Source: Eledone cirrhosa
Lineage: Eukaryota
DNA: 64,000 nt
Direction of reading: 5' to 3'
NCBI GenBank assembly: GCA_964016885.1
Contig: CAXHJY010000517.1
Location: forward strand, 145,563-209,562
Numbering within the stretch: the stretch's first letter is position 1; the number at the start of each line of letters is the position of its first letter. The notes beneath the pieces were generated by a model. It worked only from the letters and a program-made list of their open reading frames with translations, ran no database searches and was not told the DNA's origin. Position numbers and translations under genes: made by a program. This document shows, one piece after another, positions 42,999 to 56,368 of the stretch.

Positions 42999-43282
42999 AG
43001 TACTACCAGTCTACGGAGCCCAACTTTTGGTAGTTTTTCTATTTTCCGTACAAAAGTTGAATAATAATATGTGCTACATAATATTGACGAAGTGACAGGC
43101 ATACCATGATATTAAAAAAACTGGGGGGGGGGGGGGGGGGGGGTACAGTCAGTGAACAAAGGTGAAAAGGTAGAATACAAATATCCAACCTACCAGACGA
43201 TAGAGTGAAAGCCAAACGATACAAAAAACGGAACAGTGCTGTCAAAAGAGCAGTTAACTCTTAAAGAACAACTACCTACAAT

Positions 43283-43317
<35 letters not shown>

Positions 43318-43319
43318 CG

Positions 43320-44330
43320 AGTAAAATTCCCGAGATCCATGGACGAGTTCTCTCCAGCGGTCTCTGTCCCTCATCATCGCGGCCATATCCTTGCGTCTCC
43401 AAGAGACCAGTGTCTGTCCTTATGGCATCAACATATGCCAACCTCGGTCTTCCTCTTCTAGTGTGTCCATGCAGGGGCTCGCACAGGAGCACTGGGTGCA
43501 GTGTCAACTCTGGATGTCGGTGAGCATGTCCAGCTAACCTCAGACTCCTCTGTGCTACTCTCGAGGTGACTTTTGTGAGGCCCCCGTACAGCTTTGAGTT
43601 CTTCATCCTCAGTGTATACTGATTAATGTTCAGAGCCATCCTCAGCATTCTCGTGTAGCACCCATTCACTATCTGAGTGAGTTTCTTGGTCAGTGTCCAA
43701 GTCTCAGACCCCTACAGCAGCACATACTCCACTACAGCAATGAAGAGACGGATCTTCAGGTCTTTATGAAGGTCCGACTCCCACACCGATCTCAAACTGT
43801 GGCACGCCACCCAGGCTTTGCTCTTCCTCTCGATCACATCCTCTTCTGTATTCCCAATCTTTGCTCGCAGATACAGGAGCTCCTCAACCAGCCCTAGTGG
43901 CTTCCCGCCTACATTCATACTCTTCTCTGGCTTCTTAATATTCTCTACCAGATACTTCGTCTTAATCTCATTCATTCTCAGCCCCACCCTCATCGACACA
44001 GTCTCCACTTCCTACATCATCTCTTCTGCCTCCTTCACTGTATTTGTCACCAGAACTATGTCGTCGGCAAATTCAGCATCCAATATTTTTTGCCTTAACT
44101 CTCCTGCTCTGAGCCAGTGTTACAGTAAAGCCAGAGTCCTAGTGTTTCTCCAGCGCAAGATGCATACAATAGTCCACTGCGATGATAAAAAGGTAGAGAG
44201 CCAATGTATCTCCCTGGAGGACTCCAGCCAGTATCTCAAAGAACTCCGTCATCCCATCAGGTGTAATGACTGGGCTTTGGTGTTGGTGTAGAGCAGTGAT
44301 ATCAGGTCCACTATCTTCTTGGTAGTGAAG
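43320..44330 (-). pseudogene. RTE-like LINE reverse transcriptase 3' fragment
   Basis: ILAGVLQGDTLALYLFIIAVDY, EFADDI, GLRMNEIKTKY, GCYTRMLR, RRGRPRLAYVD. Confidence 0.85.
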
Positions 44331-44473
44331 AAGATATATATATATATAACGAAGGAGTTGTGGTAAGGAACCAGATGGACCATAACGCACCAGAGTACTC
44401 AATACTTAGGGTAGTAGATATATACATACATATATATTATATTTATTTGTATGTATATATAAATATAGATATG

Positions 44474-44507
<34 letters not shown>

Positions 44508-45519
44508 CGGGATAACAGGTTATCGTTGTAGGCAGTCTACTTAGATGTAGTCCAGTTAGAGTACTCCGTGTAGTGGATGGTATTAACGTATGGCTTAGTT
44601 TGACTCAACAAGACGTTTCCGTAGTGATGCTGCGAGTTCGCGGTGATTTCTATGTAGTTTATACTTGTAGTTTATACTATGTAGTATATACAAATATAAT
44701 TTCAGCGAGATCGTATTTCAGCGGTGGCCAAAACAAAACGAAACGCAATCTTCGAGATATTCCGGCAAGCGCTCAATGGACTCAGACGAAACCAGAGCAA
44801 TTAATATGTGTTATAAAGGCCAGATAAAATGAAAACAGTGGTTGGGAAGTCAACAGCCACCGTAGCCGAAAAAACGAATCAAGCTAAACAGGTTAACAAA
44901 TAATTACCTGGACCTTCCCGGAAAGTGTTGGTAAAATCCAATGGGAGGTTTCTGTGAGTGTCGTGGCGACAGAGTCCTCAAATACTCACATTTCTTTCGT
45001 CAGTAAAAATAAGTAAATTCAGAAAACATAATTGAGAAATCACTGCTCCGATATTACAGGCATGTAGTTAGAATCTCTTAGGAAAGAATCGCAAGATGGA
45101 TGGATAACATTCATGAACTTGGCTGCTCTCGCTTAGGGGATCCAGCTTGATCAGTTGGGGAGAGTTACTTCTGGCAGGACCCGCTGAAAGGAGTGCTTGC
45201 GGACTTTGCCCCCAAGACCATCACAGGAATAAGCGCGCGAAGAAGAAGAAGAAGATGATGATGATGATGGTGATGGTGATGGTGGTGGTGTTTATCCCGA
45301 GTTCAGTTCTGTTCGAACCGGACAATGATGAAAGACATTCCCGCCGTGACCATCTCACGTTTATTCCAGATGTCTATAATCGACCTCATTATTCCATGAG
45401 TTTTATTTTTATTCTATTTTATTTTATTTCATTTTTTTTTTTTTTTTGCTAGCATATGATTTGAGTGTTATTTGACTGCTATTTCTGGCAAACCATATAT
45501 GTATAGGGTCTCAGATTAT

Positions 45520-45852
45520 AATTGTTTCTACTTTTGGCACAAGGCCAGCAATTATCCAGTACATTACTGGTACTTTATGTTATCGACCTCAGCTTATAAA
45601 GGGACGTAACTATGCTGGAAAGCATGTCTGACCCTCTACCAATACTGCCAATTCACCAGATTATAATTGTTTCTACTTTAGGCACAAGGCCAGCAATTAC
45701 CCAGTGCATTACTAATACTTTATTTTATCGACCCCGTAAGGATGAAAGGCAAAGTTAACCTCGGCGGGATTTGAACTCAGAATGGCAAGGGCCGTAACTC
45801 TATGTTAGAAAGCATGGCGTCCGACCCTCTACCGATACTGCCAATCCACCGT
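45520..45852 (-). mobile_element. Two tandem SINE family A copies (one internally deleted)
   Basis: Reverse-strand family sequence twice; target cagattataat at 45512, 45657 and 45863. Confidence 0.88.
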
Positions 45853-46084
45853 CCTAATTCACCAGATTATAATGCTGGAGAATTAACAAATCAATTGAGC
45901 TAGAACAAAAACAAGATGAGATGGTCATACCTGGAACTTTGGTGGAACGATAGAAATAAACCAGCCTAATGGGTGAAGAGGAGGGGGAATGGGTGTATTA
46001 GACGTGATGGGTCGTCTGTGGACCACATCCACAAAGTTCGGACGTTTATCTGTGTGACGTCATTTTGGAAGGCAAGGCCGACTA

Positions 46085-46652
46085 ACAACTACGACAATAA
46101 CATTAATAACAACCACAGCAACGTCAATATCATCAACATCATCATCATCATCATCATCATCAACATCGTCATCATCATCAATATCACCACCATCATCATC
46201 ATCACCATCATCATCATCGTCATCACCATTATCATCAACATTATCATCACCACCATCGCCACCATCATCATTACCACGACCATCATCGCGATCATTATCA
46301 TCATCATCACCATCAACGCCACTGCCGCCGCCATCATCAACATCATCGCTATCATCACCACCACCACCACCACCATCATCATCGCTATCACCACCATCAC
46401 CTTCATCACCATCAACATAACCACCACCACCATCACCACCACCACCACCATCATCCTCCCCAGCACCGCTATCACCATCAACACAACCACCACCACCACA
46501 CCACCATCACCACCACCACTACCATTACCACCACCACCACCATCAACACAACCACCACCACCACCACCACCACCATCAGCGCTATCACCATCATCACTAT
46601 CAACACAACCACTACCATCATCATCACCATCATCACCGCTATCACCATCATT
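46085..46652. repeat. (CAT/CAC)n microsatellite
   Basis: Direct inspection. Confidence 0.9.
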
Positions 46653-47552
46653 TCAATAAACTTTCTTTTCTTTCATCTTAAATTTCAATTTTCCTTTCTC
46701 ACATCTGTTCAATTAACTTCAACTATTTAGTTCATTATTTTAACTATTTCATTATTTATATATAACCTGTTAAAGAGTGGTGGGGTGACTGCAATGGCGG
46801 GATATCGGGTCACATGTCCTACAGTATTGTGTACTCAGGTATGGCTGAGTGCTTAAGACATTCGCATCTTAATCACGAGATCTGAGTTTCAATCGCATAC
46901 ATGGCATCTTGAACAAATCTTTTTCAGTGAAATTGGGTCGGCGGAGGCTGTGTGGAAGCCCAACAGATGAATTGTATCTGCATTTTTAAAAATTATTATT
47001 CACAGTTGTACAAATAACATTTTAACATAGTTAAGGGTCAATCCAATCCTTGTTAGTGAAATTGGGTCGACTGAGGCTGTGTGGAAGCCCAACAGATCAT
47101 TTAATTCTGCAATTTTATTTTATTATTCACAATTGTATAAATAACAGATGAACTGTATCTGCAATTTTATTATTATTATTAACAGTTGTATAAATAACAT
47201 TACAAATATTCTCAAAGTTGGCTTAAAAATCATTGTTGATTACATAAATATGAAGAAAGATAAAAGCAAAATTAAGTAATGAGAAAATATGGGTGGGGTA
47301 AATGATTAACTTTATTACATATTGGGTCACGCTTATTCGATCCGAGTATTACATTTAGAGTTCACGTGTCTATGGGATATTCAACCACTTATATGTTAAT
47401 TCACAAGTCGGATGTTCACTTGATCGAACGACTGAATGTTCATCGTAGAAATCGACGGAGGATCCCCATCATCATCATCATCATTGTGTAATGGCCGCAG
47501 AGGTGGGGTGTCAGATAGAAATATTTGATAGTATTGTATACAAAGGAGATTG

Positions 47553-47703
47553 GTTGTCAGAGTTGTTAGAACGTCAGATAGAATGCTTTGGGGTGTTCTT
47601 TTCGGTTCTCTATGCACTGTGTTCAAATCCCGCTGAGGTCAACTTTCCCTTTCATCCATTCGATGTCGATAAAAAATACCTACCAGTCAAGTACTGGGGC
47701 CGA
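47553..47703 (+). mobile_element. Degenerate SINE family A
   Basis: gttcaaatcccgctgaggtcaactttccctttcatcc. Confidence 0.7.
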
Positions 47704-48217
47704 TCTTTCCTCTATATCTCTTTCTCACTTACATTCTCTCATTCTCTCTGTCCTTCTCTGGAAAAAATCTGCTAGAGAGGATAGGGCTCGGCCAGGTTTT
47801 AAAATGCCCTAGAGGTGCCCTTACGACTCCGTCATGATTTACGGCACCATGCACCAGCCAAGGGCTGCATGCAACACTCTTTACCTATTACTGTCACATT
47901 TTGGATGCTCCACTAATCAAGGGTGCGAGAGCCGAGTGGGTGCCTGTATCTGTTTGCCTCAGCACGAGAACTTAAAACCGTTAGTGAAAGCATGGTACAT
48001 TCTGGTTCCAAGTCATCCTCGATTGAGAGTGACGACTATATTGGTTTATATTGGCTTATATTGAGTAATGGTGGTGGAGTTGCTGAAACGATGGGGTTTA
48101 CATGCGCAGCAGGAGTTCTCTTGCTTAAAGAAGCCTTTGAGATACAAGTATCAACCAGTTAAATCGACCCAGTACATAACAGGTACTATATTTTTATCGA
48201 CGGCGGATGATTAACAT

Positions 48218-48724
48218 AATGTAGTCAGTATAATCAACTCTGTACTGAAGAAGCACAACCATGTTGAAACATCAACTGTACAGGGAAATTAGAGGAATAA
48301 ATACATCAAATATATTAACACTAATTAAATTAGTATATTTCTAATTAATACTCAATACGTTAAATATATTAACACTAATAAACTTATAGAAATACATTGT
48401 AAGCTATGTCGGTTGAGGATAAACCAAGATTAACAAATGTTTAGCAAATGGGGAGATAATATTGTCTTTTCCTCACCATATAACTATATCTAATAAACGT
48501 ATTTCATATGTGTTTCTTATTGGCTACTCAGTTTTTCTTGTAAGGGAGAGAAATATTGTTGGAAATTTATTTTCTCGTTGATGAATGAAATAAATTAATA
48601 TTTAATGTATATTTTATTTAATTACTTTTCAACTGTAATATTTATTCCTGTACTATCCTTGTACAGTTGATGTTTCAACATGGTTGTGCTTCTTCAGTAC
48701 AGAGTTATTTATACTGACTACATT
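48218..48724. mobile_element. Fold-back module with 65-bp inverted arms, each containing a hammerhead-like motif
   Basis: 48218-48282 is the reverse complement of 48660-48724; CTGAAGA-agca(caacca)tgtt-GAAA-ca(tcaac)tg-TA; stem I imperfect. Confidence 0.65.
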
Positions 48725-49366
48725 AAATTTTCTAAAATTAAAGTTAGACATATAATAAAGTCAAGACTGTAATACCGAGAAAGGAAATGAGATGGCCGCG
48801 CCTGGAAGGCCGGTGGAACGATAGAAAAATTCAACGATAATCACTTAATTATTGTAATTTGTTACTGAAAGTACGGAATACCTCGGCCTGGGGATGGTGT
48901 CTACATTTTGTGCTTATAAAAAAAAATCGTCGTAGATTACCAGGAGTTTAACTTAATTGGGTGCCTGAGAGTAAAATTTTCAACCCACGAAAGCCAAGAC
49001 GATAGGGTTAAGTAAAAAGGCAAATAATTATTTCTGAAGACGGCGGGTAGAGAAGACGTATGTATATTTTCTTACTATGATAATTTGTAATATATTTTAA
49101 ATAGATCAATAATAGAATGGACATACGGGGAACTAACCCCCTCCCCCCTCCCCCAGAAACGATCGTAAAATAATGAGTTTTACTATGAATTAACCGTTTT
49201 TGTTTAATTTCATTGTTTTCACTATTTGTATTTTTGACTCTGTATTCAATGAATTATATCGTTGAAATTTTGTATTTTAAACTTTGCTTCACGACATCTA
49301 CATACGGATTACATTGAGTTCTTCATACAGCTTAGACCCTACCATTAATTGGTGGATTTATCTATG

Positions 49367-49402
<36 letters not shown>

Positions 49403-49534
49403 AAAATGTCCAAGACCCCGACGGCGGAGCTCAAGCCGTTTCGACGGCTATTTCTGGACTCTACTACCCTAAGTATTGAGTACTCTGGTTCGTTATGGTC
49501 CACCTGGTTCCTTACCACACTTCCTTCGCCTTCG

Positions 49535-49596
<62 letters not shown>

Positions 49597-49740
49597 CCAA
49601 AGATTAATATGGTTCATTGATTACTCAATGAATAAAGTTTTACAATAGATTAAAAGCACTCAACAATGAAATATTCCTGGAGTTTTAATATTATTCAAAA
49701 TATTAATAAATGAAGATATTCACATAATCAAAATATATGC

Positions 49741-49803
49741 TTTATTATATATATTTCGAAGGTACTGTGTTGTTGTTTTTCCAGTACGTCCTCGTCAGAT
49801 AAA
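49741..49803 (-). ncRNA. Type I hammerhead ribozyme candidate
   Basis: Minus strand: tttat-CTGACGA-ggacgtactg(loop)cagtaccttc-GAAA-tatata-TA-ataaa. Confidence 0.75.
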
Positions 49804-49875
49804 ATATATGATTTGATATATGACATACCTCTACGGTCTTAATATTTCAATTTCAGTATTGGCAGATATGTGCTG

Positions 49876-49952
<77 letters not shown>

Positions 49953-50106
49953 CCGTGGAGTGTTAATGTGGAGTTACTGTAGGTTCACCCAGGTGAACAC
50001 TCGATGTTTAGGTTCACTTCTGTTTCGAGGTGTAGAGCTAGACAGAGTGTAGTATAATAAAATAAAAAAAGGACGGGTGGTTAGTCCTTCATTACGTTTA
50101 TTGGTT

Positions 50107-50192
50107 GGTGACGCGCGTTTCGCCACCGATCAGCTCACGGTTCGATCTGTAGCGATCTAGCCCGACTCTGAAATCCACAGCTTGTCAGACTC
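50107..50192 (-). ncRNA. Hammerhead-like motif with long stem II (core CTGACAA)
   Basis: Minus strand: gt-CTGACAA-gctg...tggc-GAAA-cgcgcg-TC-ac; palindromic ACGCGCGT. Confidence 0.55.
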
Positions 50193-51192
50193 CTTTTAGT
50201 AAATGAAACATTTTCCAATTCGATAAACAACTGCCTGGTATTCTTCTGAAATAGATATTGTTATGCTTTCATATATACCCTTTTGATGAACAAAGCTATG
50301 TTAGTGCCACCCTCCTTTAATCAGTTAAGTTAGTATTATGTGCAAATGAGTATTGCCAGCCGATGTTTCACATGCAAAAACTATATAGGCTTTAACCTAT
50401 ACTTGTCTCTACAGAGAGTGAGTTAATATCACCGATAATGAATAAAAATGCGGAAATAGCAGTCTGGCATTCTCTGGGATTGTTGTATTATGATCAGAGT
50501 CTTTAAAATAAAATTCATAGTGAGACTCCCCTATGTATATCATACATTAACACATCGTATATGCTTTTATAAACACTCGTATGATGACTGTATGTTTATT
50601 CCATCCATTAAAGAAGAAAGAGGGGAAAAAATAATGTATCTTCGAACAAATGCTGTCAGCAGACGTGTGTGTGTGTGTGTGTGGTGTGTGTGTGGTGTGT
50701 GGTGTGTGGTGTGTGGTGTGTGGTGTGTGGTGTGTGGTGTGTGTGTGTGTGCGCGCGCGCGTGCGTGTGTGTGTGTGTGGGCGCGCGCACCAACAAATGA
50801 ATTTGGACGCGTAGCAACCGAAGTATATAACAAAGTTATATCTGCCTAGCGTACAAATTAATATATATCTTAATTAACTACCAGCATGAACGCTAATGAT
50901 ATGCAAATTAGTATTAGTCCATTGCAGGATACTACTATAAATATAGAATATATCACCCTCTCCACTTCCACCTTTCTTTCTTCCTTTGTTTAATAGCCCC
51001 TTCTCTTCCCCTTCTTTTCACTTACCCTCTCAGGTATGCCTTTCGTAGACCTATCCAATACTGCTTTCTTTTGCTGTATGTTTGGCCAATATATATTTAT
51101 CTCAACAATAAATATATAAATACATATCTATACTCCATAAGTGATAAGGTATATCAGCTTTTCGATTTCGTATTTCCTTGCCGTTGCTTAGA

Positions 51193-51228
<36 letters not shown>

Positions 51229-51272
51229 GAAAGGTATAGAAAACATTGTAACAAAAGCCAAAAGTATTCCAT

Positions 51273-51327
<55 letters not shown>

Positions 51328-51413
51328 GTCGTTTTGGAAGCCTCAACATGTTGAGGCTTGCAAAACAACCAGTTTTATTATTCCACAATGCTTCAAGCAA
51401 ACTTCAACACCTT

Positions 51414-51499
<86 letters not shown>

Positions 51500-51615
51500 A
51501 TGTGTGTGTGTGGAGTAACAAGTTATCGTTATAGGTAATCCAGTTAGAGGTTGTGTGAGTACTCTGCGTCGTGGAGTATAGATATGTATTCTGATGAGTT
51601 GGTCAGAGGTAAATA

Positions 51616-51797
51616 ATTGTTTCTACTTTTAGCACAAGGCCAGCAATTACGCAGTGTATTACTGGTACTTTATTTTATCGACCCCGTATGGATGAAAGGC
51701 AAAGTTAACCTCGGCAGGATTTGAACTCAGATCATACAGGGAGGTAACTCTATGCTTCAAAGCATGGCGTCCGACCCTCTACCGATACTGCCAATCC
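51616..51797 (-). mobile_element. SINE family A
   Basis: Reverse-strand family sequence; TSD aggtaaataat. Confidence 0.9.
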
Positions 51798-51939
51798 AGG
51801 TAAATAATGTAATGGAGATCGAGTGACGCAACTTCGAGCGATTAGCGACCTCTAGACTCACCTGATCAATGAAACAATTGTCCATACACCTGAAATAAAG
51901 CTCCTTGTTGTACAGCCAACCATGTTACACTTCATTCTT

Positions 51940-52027
<88 letters not shown>

Positions 52028-52030
<3 letters not shown>

Positions 52031-52345
52031 ATAAAAGGAATTCCAACTTTGTCTGATTTACTCGTTTTATTTACAATCCTTTAAAATTATAATGTTTATT
52101 GAACAAGTACTTTCCTGCTTTCGCAATCTTCAGGTTCATATTCAATGGTGACAGTCAAGTTTGCAATTTTCTTGACTGTCACCACTGAATATGAACCTGA
52201 AGATTGCGAAAACATGAAAGTACTTGTTCAATTAACAATTAACATTCAACATTCTACCATACTATTTCCTTATAATATCATTATAATTTTAAAGGATTGT
52301 AAATAAAACGAGTAAATCAGACAAAGTTGGAATTCCTTTTATTAA
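52028..52345. mobile_element. Nested fold-back module with two inverted hammerhead motifs
   Basis: Outer arms 52028-52094 / 52279-52345 and inner arms about 52098-52159 / 52171-52232. Confidence 0.85.
52100..52138 (-). ncRNA. Minimal type I hammerhead ribozyme candidate; mutated partner at 52192-52230 (+)
   Basis: Minus strand: tgaac-CTGAAGA-ttgc(gaaa)gcag-GAAA-gtac-TT-gttca; palindromic AAGTACTT. Confidence 0.75.
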
Positions 52346-52376
52346 TATAATCTTCTATACAGAATCACACACACCC

Positions 52377-52435
<59 letters not shown>

Positions 52436-52559
52436 GAAAAATCAGTGATTAGCTACCATTAAACACACATCTCTGATTTATCTAAATTATGGAGCCCTCT
52501 GCCGCTCATATCGAATTTTGTTTATCGTGAACTCGTGCGCCGATTTTTCGATAATTCTA

Positions 52560-53150
<591 letters not shown>

Positions 53151-53369
53151 GGAGAGAGAGAGAGACGATATATAAATGAAATATATATAGAGAGATGTTA
53201 TATATATCTTTATATACACAGTTCAAGAGTAACCAATCTTAAAGAGAGAGCTGGAGATAGGAGAGGAGAAGAGAGATTGGTGAATTAAACTAAAACTATG
53301 TTGACAATCTTTTAATAATGTCTTCCTTGTGAAATTTGTGGTCTTGTTTTGCTTAAATAATGAATATAT

Positions 53370-53417
<48 letters not shown>

Positions 53418-53421
<4 letters not shown>

Positions 53422-53465
53422 CTTCTGATGAGGACCCAATTTCGCTTGAGACCAGTTAAAGATAT
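53418..53465 (+). ncRNA. Decayed hammerhead-like motif
   Basis: atatctt-CTGATGA-ggacccaatttcgctt-GAGA-ccagt-TA-aagatat; perfect 7-bp stem I, GAAA changed to GAGA, poor stem II. Confidence 0.5.
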
Positions 53466-53735
53466 TTATCATTTTTCCAATTTACAAGGAAATACATATT
53501 TCGCATGTTCACGTGTCTATATTATATATATATTTGATAGTCGTATTGATGAGAATTTGCTGTCGGTGGTACATTCCCTTGGGAAGAAACAATTGTCAGT
53601 GATTAAATGTCTTAAACTTTTAATTTTGGTTTATAAGGACATTGTTAATATATATATCATAAAACATGTCTATAGAATCACCAGATATATATATATGTGT
53701 TTTGCAACGGGTCACTTTGCAAAACCCGTTGCAAA

Positions 53736-53870
<135 letters not shown>

Positions 53871-53915
53871 ACATTATAAAGATGTATGTATTCACATATA
53901 CCTGTGTATTTCTCA

Positions 53916-54008
<93 letters not shown>

Positions 54009-54269
54009 GGGTGTAGAATTCTCTCACTCTCTTTCCAACAACTACTCTCTGTCTCCTTTTCTCTCCGCCTCTCAATATTTTTCAAACCCACATATATACA
54101 TAATGGCTGCATCTCAGTTTCGAGAATTGCCACCCCTTGGCATTTTTCTCATACGCGGGTGACACGAGCATGACCTTTTAGCTCTGCCAAGAACATTTCT
54201 GCATATGCTGCAGCAAAAGAAAAAAGAAAAGGCCATGCTCACTCAACATACGTGAAAGTCTTTGGGTCA

Positions 54270-55385
54270 AATGATGCCTGTACTTAAAGCTTTTTTAAGT
54301 GAAGAAAGGTCTTACACTGGACCAATCCCACTTTCTAGACAACGCTGAAGAACAGGTCAACATCATTGGCTGCCATCAAGAGGCAGGTTTTACATCAGAG
54401 TTTCCCTTCTCCTAAAATGATGTCGTGACAAGAACTAGGGGTCTCTCACTCCCGGTGGACTCACCACGCATTCGGGCACCAAACCAAGTATTTCTATGTC
54501 TCTGCATACATACATGTAATTTTGTAGTGGCACTCCGTCAGTTACGACGATGGGTATTGATGGGTATTCCAGTTGATACGATCAACGGAACAGTCTGCTC
54601 GTGAAATTAATGTGCAAGTGGCTGAACATTCCACAAACACGCGTACCCTTAACGTAGTTCTCAGGGAGATTCAATGTGATAAGGCTGGCCCTTCGAATTA
54701 CAGGTACAACTTATTGAGTGGATTGGAGCAACGCGAAATTAAGTGTCTTGCTCGTGGACACACCGTGCCGCCGGGAATCGAACTCACGACCTTACGATTG
54801 TGAGCCGAATACCTTAACCACAAAGCCACGCACCTTCAAACACACATACATACATGCATGATGGCTGCCCCCTCGTTATCGAGTATGGCCATTGCACGAT
54901 ATACCATTATAAATAATTATTAATTAATTCTATCGTGCAATGTCTGTGCGTGAAGATTTTTTTAAAGTGAAGAAAGACTGTGCACTGAGCCAATCCCACT
55001 CTCTGAGCGACAGTAGCTATAACCCGAAAAGAAGAAAAGATCAACATCATCGGTAACTACTGAGCCGCAGGTTTTATATTGGAGTATTACAGTCGCTGTC
55101 AGATTAGAGAGTTTGGTGCACTTTTAGGCTACGGCCAGCCACACGAACCTGTAACATATCCTGAACAAACAATGCCTGTGCTTTGAAGGGTTTTTTAAGT
55201 GGGGAAAGGCTTTGCACTCGACCAATCCCACTCTCTGAGCATCGCAAACACTACCGGAAAAGGAGAATTGGTCACCATCATCGGATGCTTCCGAAGAGCA
55301 GGGTCTTTTTTTGTTTTGTTTTCAGGGTTTCACTCTCTTAGAAAGATGTTGTGAGAACAACTGGGAGCCTTTCACTCCCAATTGA
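54270..55385. repeat. Three diverged copies of a dispersed repeat segment of about 150-200 bp
   Basis: ttttaagtg.agaaag...cact..accaatcccact.tct at about 54290, 54960 and 55190. Confidence 0.65.
54528..54835 (-). mobile_element. tRNA-derived SINE, family B
   Basis: gggaatcgaactcacgacctta...taaccac; homologous to 840-1158. Confidence 0.8.
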
Positions 55386-55776
55386 AAATTTAAGTACTAT
55401 TTGGATGGCCGTTGACTCTGCTGAGTTCCTCCGCATACATACATACATAGAAACACACATACATATACACAACATACATACATGCATACATACATACACA
55501 CACGCACAACATACCACACAGCAAGCTACAAAGAATCTTTTACCTTGGGTCGACCAAAATATTTGTGAAACTAGTAGTTCTTGGGTGGTAGACTTAATGT
55601 GTTGACGGGTGTAACACTACTAACTGGTTTGTTGGGTACCTTCATGGGACACCACAGCATTGCAATCATCCAGACCAGCTCTCTAGATACAGAGACCAAG
55701 ATATATGGCCATAATAACAACTGCCCTTCTTTATTAAGACATCAATAAATCTGTCATTCACTTTCTTCCTTCGACA

Positions 55777-55826
<50 letters not shown>

Positions 55827-56368
55827 TACTCTCTCTATCTCTACACACTTCACATACACACTCTCTCTCTCCCTCTATCTCACTTACTCTCTCTATCTCT
55901 ACACACTTCACACACACACACAATCTCTCTCTTACGTTCTCTCTTACTCTCTCCCACTCTCTTTATCTCAACACGCTTCACACACATTCTCTCTTTCTAT
56001 CTCATTTACTTCTTAGCATTACCACAGCAACAACAGCAATAGAGATAGATAGATAGACATACATACATAAATACAGACAGACAGACAGACACCTTAGACA
56101 GATAGACAGATAGAAAGATAGATAGATATGTTTCTTTATTAGCCACAGGGGCACAAAAGAAGGGGACAAATACAAAGGGGGAAGTTTACATACAATAAAA
56201 ACGTGTAAAATGTTATCACAAATGTAATTTAAAAAGTTAGTCGATTTTCCCCCAATAGAGGGAGACAGTTCATATGGGTAACACATACCCCCGAAAAAAT
56301 GTGCAACCCTCAACTCCAGGAGTACGAAGAGTTTGTACTCCTTTCCACTCCTCCTCCTTTTCCTCAAC

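Noticed and set aside
45973-46659. 228-aa Ile/Thr/Pro-rich ORF
   Set aside because: Mostly (CAT/CAC)n microsatellite
49412-49460. Possible hammerhead (minus strand GAAAcggc..gccgTC); similar half motifs at about 44610 and 62170
   Set aside because: Only the GAAA-stem III-TC half is present; no recognisable CTGANGA core or stem I
51591-51840. CTGATGA followed by a stem interrupted by a SINE
   Set aside because: No GAAA or cleavage triplet in the expected position after removing the SINE
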